Of a stretch of DNA of 29,083 bases, positions 19,548 through 26,497 are shown piece by piece. The DNA is from Candidatus Eiseniibacteriota bacterium (GTDB taxonomy: Bacteria > Eisenbacteria > RBG-16-71-46). The DNA lies in NCBI GenBank assembly GCA_041483195.1, contig JBGPFC010000042.1:1-29083 (forward strand), given 5' to 3'. The notes beneath the pieces were generated by a model, which worked only from the letters and a program-made list of their open reading frames with translations, did no database searches and was not told the DNA's origin. The translations under genes and the position numbers were made by a program. The stretch's first letter is position 1, and each line of letters opens with the position of its first letter.

Positions 19548-20567
19548 TCAGGACGCCGTCGGAGCGAGCACGCGCACGCTGGCCTCGAGCGCGCCCACCT
19601 CGAGCCCCGCGTGATTCTTCATCACCGGCCGCCGCCACTCGCGCAGCCGGCCGAGTTGCCGCGCCGAAATCCATCCCAGCTGTTCGAGCACCGCGAGCGT
19701 GGCGGGCGGCACGCCGCGCGCCGCGCCGTCTTCGCACTTGAGCGCGAGTCCCTGCCCGCGTTCCAGCGAGCCGACGCACTCGAGACCCTCCGCGCCTCCC
19801 TTCGCGACCAGCGCCCCCTCGCTCGCTTCCATGAGCGCTGTGCCGAAGCGGCCGACGCCCCCGACCGCGCGCGGATAGGTCTGCATCGCGCCGCGAATTC
19901 GGGCGAGGGCACCGGCACGCGCTTCCCCCCCGGGCGCCGCGGCGGCCAGCCGGGCGTAGGCGCGCGCCATCGCGGGGAGCGGCACGCCGAACACGCTCAC
20001 GCTGCAACCGTCGATCGCGATCGCGACCCGCGACGCCGGCAGGCCGCAACAATCGGCGACGCTCTCGAGCATGAGCCGCTGCATCGGATGCTCCGCGCGC
20101 TCGTAGCCGGCGGTCGGCCAGCCCTCCGCGAGCGCGAGCAGCAGCATGCCCGCGTGCTTGCCGGAACAATTGTTGTAGAGAGCGGTGCGTTCCTCGGGGC
20201 GCGTCGCGAGGTGCCTGAGCGAGTCCCCGTCGATCGGATCGTGGTACCCGCAGGCCAGGTCACGATCCGTGAGCCCTGCGCGCTCGAGGATGCCGCGCAC
20301 CAGCGCCACGTGATACGGGCTCCCGGTGTGGGAGGCGGACATGACGGCCAGCGCCTCCGCGTCGAGCGCGAAGCGATCGGCGTGGCCGCGCTCCACCAGC
20401 GGCAGGAGCTGAAAGGGTTTCGCGGCGGAGCGAAAGGTGGTGACGCGCGCCGCACCGCCGGTTTCGGCGATTCCGGCGCCGGACGAGTCGCTCACGGCGG
20501 CCTCCATGCGATGCAGGGATTCCGCGATGGCTCCTCGCAGCACCGTGACTTCGATCTGCAATCGCAT
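19548..20567 (-). CDS. L-asparaginase II (Rhizobium etli-type, class 3)
   Basis: ESLH, RSAAKPFQ, SASHTG, NNCSGKH, DGC, AKGGAEG, LKCEDG. Confidence 0.93.
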   Translation of the reverse strand: MRLQIEVTVLRGAIAESLHRMEAAVSDSSGAGIAETGGAARVTTFRSAAKPFQLLPLVERGHADRFALDAEALAVMSASHTGSPYHVALVRGILERAGLTDRDLACGYHDPIDGDSLRHLATRPEERTALYNNCSGKHAGMLLLALAEGWPTAGYERAEHPMQRLMLESVADCCGLPASRVAIAIDGCSVSVFGVPLPAMARAYARLAAAAPGGEARAGALARIRGAMQTYPRAVGGVGRFGTALMEASEGALVAKGGAEGLECVGSLERGQGLALKCEDGAARGVPPATLAVLEQLGWISARQLGRLREWRRPVMKNHAGLEVGALEASVRVLAPTAS

Positions 20568-20609
20568 GGCGCGCGAGCGGGGGATGGTGCGGTTCGCCGA
20601 GGATCCGGC

Positions 20610-21755
20610 CTAGCGGATCACGATGAAACGGTTCTGGAAGCTGAACGGCAGGCTCTTCACCGTGGACTCGATGCGGTAGACGTAGATCCCCGATGCGACA
20701 TCCTTGCCGTCCCCGTTCTTCAGGTCCCAGCGCTCGAAGTCGCGCACGGAGTCGGTGTGATCGAGCTGCGCAACGAGATCGCCGGCGACGGTGAAGATCT
20801 TGATCGTCGCGCGCGTCGGCAGGTTGATGAAGTGGATCTCGTGGCCGCCGGGCCGATCCCACTCCTCCTGCGCGCGGAAGGGATTGGGAACGACGCGCAC
20901 CCGCTCGAGGTTCGCGGTGGGCCCGCCGGTGGGCTCACGGATCGGGTCGCCCGCCGGACTGACGAACGTCGGGCGGGACAGGTTCAGCAGCTTGTGGTTG
21001 ATGTTGATGATCGGGCAGGTCAATGGGTCGCCCTTCGTGCCGCAGCGGGCGAAGTTGTCGGCGGTGTCCCGGCCCGCGACGTAGAGATCTTCGAACGTGC
21101 CCTCGGACGGCGCGTTCCGCTTCTCGTAGGTGATCGAGTAGTAGACCGGGAAGCCGTCGTGCGGACCGGGCGGCTTGATCAGCACGAACACCGAGTCCCC
21201 GTGCGACAGGCAGACGCCGGTCGTGTCGTTGCGGAAGCGGCAGACCTTCACGTAGTGCCCGTTCGAATCGGGGTCCACGAAGGTCACAACGCTGTCGTTC
21301 ACCACCTGGTTCCCGCACTTGAAGGGACGGGCGGGATCGAGCGTGTCCACCTTCGAGAAGGACCAGGTGACCTCGTCCCCCTTGTTGCGGGAAAAGCGCC
21401 GGATCAGCTCCATCCGCGCGGAGTCCGGCGAGTTCGTGACGCGATAGATGCGGTAGCCGCCGAAGTCGGCGCGCGACTCCGCCAGGCGGTCACGCAGGAA
21501 GCGCACGGTGACCGTGCGCGGCTCCGCGCGGAGGCTGTCCGGGCGATCGGGAAGCGAGCCCGGGCAGTCCACGCTGCCGATCACGTGGTACGAGGGGTCG
21601 TCCTGATACGCGTAGGGATAGGACCACACCGGGATCCGCGGAAATCCCGGCGACTGGGCGGCCGCCGGCGTCCACGACCCGGCGCCGGCCGAGAGGGCCA
21701 GCGCCAGGGTCATGACGATTGCGCAGCTGGATACGCCGGGGTGCTGCCGTGTCAT
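20610..21755 (-). CDS. Secreted Cys-containing protein with C-terminal FlgD-Ig/T9SS-type domain
   Basis: Signal peptide ending AAAQ, DFGGYRIYR and YYSITY FN3-like strands. C-terminus VRVVPNPF...IKIFTVAGDLV...WDLKN...VASGIYVY. GGAG RBS. Confidence 0.85.
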   Translation of the reverse strand: MTRQHPGVSSCAIVMTLALALSAGAGSWTPAAAQSPGFPRIPVWSYPYAYQDDPSYHVIGSVDCPGSLPDRPDSLRAEPRTVTVRFLRDRLAESRADFGGYRIYRVTNSPDSARMELIRRFSRNKGDEVTWSFSKVDTLDPARPFKCGNQVVNDSVVTFVDPDSNGHYVKVCRFRNDTTGVCLSHGDSVFVLIKPPGPHDGFPVYYSITYEKRNAPSEGTFEDLYVAGRDTADNFARCGTKGDPLTCPIININHKLLNLSRPTFVSPAGDPIREPTGGPTANLERVRVVPNPFRAQEEWDRPGGHEIHFINLPTRATIKIFTVAGDLVAQLDHTDSVRDFERWDLKNGDGKDVASGIYVYRIESTVKSLPFSFQNRFIVIR

Positions 21756-21759
21756 GCGG

Positions 21760-24141
21760 CTATTCTCCGTGGGACGGCGATGGAGCCGCGGGGCTCACCG
21801 GCGCCCGCCTCGCCGGCAGGGCGCCACCCGCCGCCGCGGGCCGCACGGCGGCCCCTGGCCCCTCGCCCGCCGGCGGGTGCCACGCTCGAGCCAGCGGCTC
21901 GTTCGACGGCAGGTTCCAGAGCTTCTGCAGCACGAAGTCCACGAGCCCCTGGCATTCGGTTCGCTTGTAGTTCCAGATGTTGAAGCCGGTCAGGATGGTC
22001 GTGGTGTTGTCCAGGCCGTGGTAGTACGTCATGCACGCAGCAATCTGCCCCGGCGGCAGCGTTGCGCCGATCGCCGCGTAGAGGGTGTCGAGCGTGAAGC
22101 GGAAATCCTCAGCCGGACCCGGGTCGTAGTCCTCGATGATGTTGTTCGACGTGCTGAGGAACTCCACGCTGATCTGCGAGCTCCCGTAGAAATTGGTGGC
22201 GGTGCGCAGCGGCGGTAGCGGATCGGTCGCGGCGGTCTTGATCTCGATCTTGAGCGGCAGCGTCGAGTAGATGCCGGGGCTCGAGTTGAACCTGCCCAAA
22301 TTGCGATTGATCTGCATCGTCGCCTTCAGCTGCTTGAACTCCGAGCGCCAGTGGAACTGATCGTAGACGAACCGTCCCGGGATGAGCTCGAGGTTCGGAT
22401 TCGAGAACGTGAGCGTCGCCGTCGGGAGCTGCGTGTCGTTGTTGGTCCTGTTCCAGGGTCGCATCGAGGCGGTCGGAGCCCCACCGCCCACCAGCCACAC
22501 CTGCCCGCCCTGACGGATGTAGGCCGCGATGGTGTTCGAGTGCCCGGACTGGTTCATGTAGTACATCGCGGTCATGGGATCGCTGCGGTCGGTGCCCACC
22601 TTGAAGTTGCCGGCGGCATTCGCGTCGGTGATCCAGATCAGGTGCTGGTAGTGGCCGAGCGTGGAGAGCCGGACCGACATGTCCTGCAATCCCAGCTGCG
22701 TCCCGATCGTGTCGAAGTCGTAGTGGCTGAAGATCCCCGGACTGCTCAGCGTCCCCGCGGGATAACACTTCCAGGGCTTGCCCCCGCGTGCGTAGAGGAA
22801 CGTGTCGAGCTCCGCCGCCGTGGGCCACAGGCCCAGCGGGGCATCCATGCACGGAATGCCAATGCTCCGGCTGTCCGTCACGTATCGCGTGTCGTCGATG
22901 ATGCCGAGGCTCTTCTCGAGCGTGGCCTGGACGGTGTTGAATCGCACGATGCCAAGGCTCTTCAGCGTGTTGATGTCTTCGGCCTCGAGATAGAGCCGAT
23001 GGGTTTGCCCGCCCGGGTACGGGCCGATCACGCAGCCGGTGACCTCCAGGTTCTTCGGGCTCCAGTGGGCGAGATCGTTGTCGTCGGTGCGCTCGCTCTC
23101 GTCGTTCAGATCGACGATGTCCACGGCCCAGCGGTAGCTCCGGACCGCCGACCCCGGGATGGCCGTCGCGAACCAGTTGAACGCGATCGGGATCCCCGCC
23201 GGAACCTCGATGGGGATCTCGATGGCGGGATTGTTCGGCTGGTAGGAGCCGCTCTTGTATTCATACTGGAAGAACTCGTTGAAGAGTCCGATCGTGGGGT
23301 TGTTGGCTCCCGCGAACGTGACGCGGAAGTACAGCATGTTCGTGTTCAGATCGAAGGTCGGCGAATAGGCCCCGGCCTCGTCGAACGCGATCACGCAGAA
23401 CATGTACTCCTGGTCGGGGACCAGGAGCGTGAACTGCTTCGAGGTGGTGTCGGCGCTGGTCGAGTCCCAGCCCACCCAGTTGCGCGGGGCATAGTAGCGC
23501 CTCACGGAATCCGGCTTGGCGCGGGCGAGCGTCGTCGTCACCTCGGTCTGGTCGCTCAGGACCTTGAACTTGTACTTGATCGGTCGCTTGGTGAACACGC
23601 CGTCCTGATCCTCGCCGGTCCAGCTGATGAGCACGGCGGGCGTCACGTAGGCGCGGCTCTGGTCGCTGGGCGTGGGAGAGGTGATCCGCACCGTGGGCGC
23701 GAGGGTGTACGAGAAGAAGGCCCGCGACACCGGCGGCGAAGCCTTTCCCCGCTCGTCCACCGCCTTGATGACGAACACGTGAAAGTCCGACCCGCCCCGC
23801 TGGTTCGGAATGGTGTTGTCCGGGTTCGTGGACGGGAAGCTGCGCGTCACCTGGTTGCGGGTCGTCACCTCCCACGTCGTGTCGGAACCCGGGTCCTTCG
23901 GCGGGTCGATCGCGAACAGGAAGTGGTCGATGCGACCGTCCGGATCGAAGCCGATCCAGTTGATCGTGATCGAGTAGTAGTACCGGGTGACCTCGCTGTA
24001 CGGAGCGTTCGTGAGCCGGACCGTCGGAGGCTGGTCGGGGAACAATTTCCCCCCTGCCTTCTTGCTGCACCCCAGAATGGGAATGAAGAGCGCGCCCAGC
24101 GCGATCAGCATCAGCGCACACGCGGTACGGCGGGCATTCAT
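21760..24141 (-). CDS. Putative lipoprotein with repeated Ig/FN3-like modules (paralog B)
   Basis: Lipobox ILGC. Repeats PPTVRLT...WIGFDPDG...F.IKAVD and APTVRIT...WTGEDQDG...VIAFDEAG. ATGA overlap with the upstream gene. Confidence 0.8.
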   Translation of the reverse strand: MNARRTACALMLIALGALFIPILGCSKKAGGKLFPDQPPTVRLTNAPYSEVTRYYYSITINWIGFDPDGRIDHFLFAIDPPKDPGSDTTWEVTTRNQVTRSFPSTNPDNTIPNQRGGSDFHVFVIKAVDERGKASPPVSRAFFSYTLAPTVRITSPTPSDQSRAYVTPAVLISWTGEDQDGVFTKRPIKYKFKVLSDQTEVTTTLARAKPDSVRRYYAPRNWVGWDSTSADTTSKQFTLLVPDQEYMFCVIAFDEAGAYSPTFDLNTNMLYFRVTFAGANNPTIGLFNEFFQYEYKSGSYQPNNPAIEIPIEVPAGIPIAFNWFATAIPGSAVRSYRWAVDIVDLNDESERTDDNDLAHWSPKNLEVTGCVIGPYPGGQTHRLYLEAEDINTLKSLGIVRFNTVQATLEKSLGIIDDTRYVTDSRSIGIPCMDAPLGLWPTAAELDTFLYARGGKPWKCYPAGTLSSPGIFSHYDFDTIGTQLGLQDMSVRLSTLGHYQHLIWITDANAAGNFKVGTDRSDPMTAMYYMNQSGHSNTIAAYIRQGGQVWLVGGGAPTASMRPWNRTNNDTQLPTATLTFSNPNLELIPGRFVYDQFHWRSEFKQLKATMQINRNLGRFNSSPGIYSTLPLKIEIKTAATDPLPPLRTATNFYGSSQISVEFLSTSNNIIEDYDPGPAEDFRFTLDTLYAAIGATLPPGQIAACMTYYHGLDNTTTILTGFNIWNYKRTECQGLVDFVLQKLWNLPSNEPLARAWHPPAGEGPGAAVRPAAAGGALPARRAPVSPAAPSPSHGE

Positions 24142-26237
24142 GGCTGCTTGCTCCCTCTTCGACCTTCGATGGACCCCGGTCCTTCGGAAAGCGATACACC
24201 CGATGCCGGCGCAGACTGCTGAGCAGGCAGCGCTGGCACCGTGACCGGGATCGTGTACTTGCGGCAGCGTCCCGACCCCGGAAAACCCTCGCAATCCTTG
24301 CAGTCGCACAACTCGATCAGCACCGTGACGTTCGGCCCGCGGATGTAGCTCGGCACGTCGATGCTGGTGCTGATGGCCACGCCGGTCCTGCGCCTGAACA
24401 GGTCGGGCGCGTAGACGGTGTCGCGACCCGTGTAGATGCTGGCACCGATGAGATTGACACTGTAGCGGAAAATGAAGTTCACGGGCGCCCCCACCTCCGG
24501 CCCCCCCACGGTGCGCTGGGTGGCCGGATCGTAGGGATCATCGTCGAACACCAGGTCCAGACGGAGCGGAATCGTCCGGGTCGGGTAGTTCTTGTTGGGC
24601 CGGGGCTCGAACGCCGCCTGGTCGGTCAGCAGGTACGGGGCGCGATTCACGTAGAACGTCAGCACCTTGCTGCGGAGCGCGTAGCGCGGCGAGGACGGGG
24701 AAATCTTGTTGGTCTCGACGGAATCCACGAAATCGACCGGATCCCCGATCCGGGTGTCGAGCGCCCCGTCGCCGTCCTGCGCGCGCACGATCGCGTAGGC
24801 GCGACCGGACTGCTGCATGCCCTGGTAGCCGCCGATGTGGGGCTCCTGGACCAGCGTCGGGTCCGACAGCGGATAGGTCTGGCTCTGCGGGAATCCGCTC
24901 TTCGGGCCGATCGAATCGAGGAACACGGGAAGGTAGTAGCGGAAACCGATCGGCGATCCGTTCGGCGGCCGGGGTCTGAGCACAGGCGCCACGCTGCTGT
25001 CGGGGAAATTCGGGGCGGGGTTGGCGCCGACGATGCGGACCTTGTACGGCGAGTCAGGATCGAATCCGCCGTTGTGGAACAGCACCCACGAGTTCATGTC
25101 GATGGTGTCGCCTTCGGCCCGCACGTACACCCGATTCTTGTAGAGCTCGAAGAACGTCCTGTTGGGCTTGCGGCGTGCGGGAAGGATCTGCACCGAGTCG
25201 GGGTGCAGCAGGCTGCCGGGATGCGCCTCGACGCTCCGCCAGTTGGGGCCGTTGATGTCGTGGTAACGCGTCGAATGGCCGTTGCCGTCGGTAATCGTGG
25301 TGTAGAAGCTCGGATTCGACGCGGGAACGCTGTCGGGCCCCGCGAACCAGCTGTCCGGGCTCAGGTTCATGAGGAACTTGCGCGTGGTCTCGGGTGAGGC
25401 GCGGGCTCCGCCCGCCTGATCGACGGCCCGCAGGGTGAAGATCTTGGGGCCCGGGGTGACGGTGTTGCTCAGGTCGGTGTTGTACTGCTTTTCCGTGACC
25501 GTCCCGGGAACGGTGACGAATTCCGGGTTGTCGAGCTTGAACCGGTAGAACTGCGCGGGATTGTCGGCGATGGTCAGGTCCGCGTGCCAGCGGAACAGGA
25601 GCTGGCTCCCCGATGCGACCGTGTCCCTGGCGAACGGAACTCTCACGTTGAACGTGTCGGTGATGGTCCTGGTGTACGCGTGCCGGGGGGCGTCGAGGTT
25701 GTTCGGATCGAACACCAGACCCGTCGCCTGCGCGACGTCCAGGATGGGAACGGGCGGAAAGCGGTCGAGGGCGTTGAAGATGATCCGCGCCGGCGTGGCA
25801 TCGGCCTTGCCGCTGTTGTCGACCGCGTAGATGAAGAACGCGTGCTCGCGCGTGTTCGCCCCCTCGATCACCGAGAAGATGAACGTGCTGTCGCGCCTCG
25901 TCGTGTAGTGGTAGTCGCGCGGCTTGGGACCCGGCAGGGGAGGCGTCGGCAATCCGGGGGTGCCCACCGTCTCGACCACGGCGAAGTAGAAGCCGGCCAC
26001 GTCGCCGTCGGGATCCGCGCCCGCCCAGTAGAGGTGATAGCGGAAGGGGATCGTTCCGGGATGCGGCTGGACCGGCACGCCGTTCTGGTCGCGGGTGGTG
26101 ATCGTGTCCTGCGGCGCCGCGGTGATCCAGGTCTCGGGTGCCAGGTTTCTGTCGATGTTGGGGGTCAACGGCTTACGGCAACCGGCGCCCACCAGGATTG
26201 AAAAAAAGCAAAGTGCTAGCCCTGCACGAAAGCGCAT
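24138..26237 (-). CDS. Putative lipoprotein with repeated Ig/FN3-like modules (paralog A)
   Basis: Lipobox-like VGAGC. APETWIT...WAGADPDG...IYAVDNSG, second module LRAVDQAG, and a C-terminal Cys cluster. Confidence 0.8.
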   Translation of the reverse strand: MRFRAGLALCFFSILVGAGCRKPLTPNIDRNLAPETWITAAPQDTITTRDQNGVPVQPHPGTIPFRYHLYWAGADPDGDVAGFYFAVVETVGTPGLPTPPLPGPKPRDYHYTTRRDSTFIFSVIEGANTREHAFFIYAVDNSGKADATPARIIFNALDRFPPVPILDVAQATGLVFDPNNLDAPRHAYTRTITDTFNVRVPFARDTVASGSQLLFRWHADLTIADNPAQFYRFKLDNPEFVTVPGTVTEKQYNTDLSNTVTPGPKIFTLRAVDQAGGARASPETTRKFLMNLSPDSWFAGPDSVPASNPSFYTTITDGNGHSTRYHDINGPNWRSVEAHPGSLLHPDSVQILPARRKPNRTFFELYKNRVYVRAEGDTIDMNSWVLFHNGGFDPDSPYKVRIVGANPAPNFPDSSVAPVLRPRPPNGSPIGFRYYLPVFLDSIGPKSGFPQSQTYPLSDPTLVQEPHIGGYQGMQQSGRAYAIVRAQDGDGALDTRIGDPVDFVDSVETNKISPSSPRYALRSKVLTFYVNRAPYLLTDQAAFEPRPNKNYPTRTIPLRLDLVFDDDPYDPATQRTVGGPEVGAPVNFIFRYSVNLIGASIYTGRDTVYAPDLFRRRTGVAISTSIDVPSYIRGPNVTVLIELCDCKDCEGFPGSGRCRKYTIPVTVPALPAQQSAPASGVSLSEGPGSIEGRRGSKQP

Positions 26238-26280
26238 CCACGCCCCCAAGCACGCCGGTCTTCTCGAAGGGAATGCGTTG

Positions 26281-26309
26281 AAGCTAGCAAGCGCGGAGGA
26301 GAGCGTCAA
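26281..26309 (-). promoter_or_regulatory. sigma70-type promoter for the lipoprotein-protease operon
   Basis: Minus strand TTGACG-17 nt-TAGCTT with an extended -10 TGn. Confidence 0.75.
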
Positions 26310-26437
26310 GCGGGAAAACCATTCACGGAACCATCTTCGCGCCGGCGGCCTCCGGGCCGGGACGCCGCAATTCGGGTGGGATCGGCCCGGCGAGCCGGCG
26401 GAGGCCCGCACCCGGAGCCGCACGAAGCGCGGGGATC

Positions 26438-26474
26438 AAAAAACGGCGGGCGGGGCATGAGGCCCCGCCCGCCG
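26438..26474 (-). terminator. Rho-independent terminator
   Basis: Perfect 13-bp stem CGGCGGGCGGGGC/GCCCCGCCCGCCG with a 5-nt loop, then T6 on the minus strand, 23 nt after the stop at 26498. Confidence 0.92.
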
Positions 26475-26497
26475 CCACTGCTTACCCGACTGCTGGA

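Noticed and set aside
18930..21983. 1017-aa plus-strand ORF
   Set aside because: Antisense to three well-supported minus-strand genes
26347..26406. Imperfect inverted repeats (GGCCTCCG/CGGAGGCC) between the terminator and promoter
   Set aside because: Short GC-rich matches expected by chance, with no second copy seen in the window
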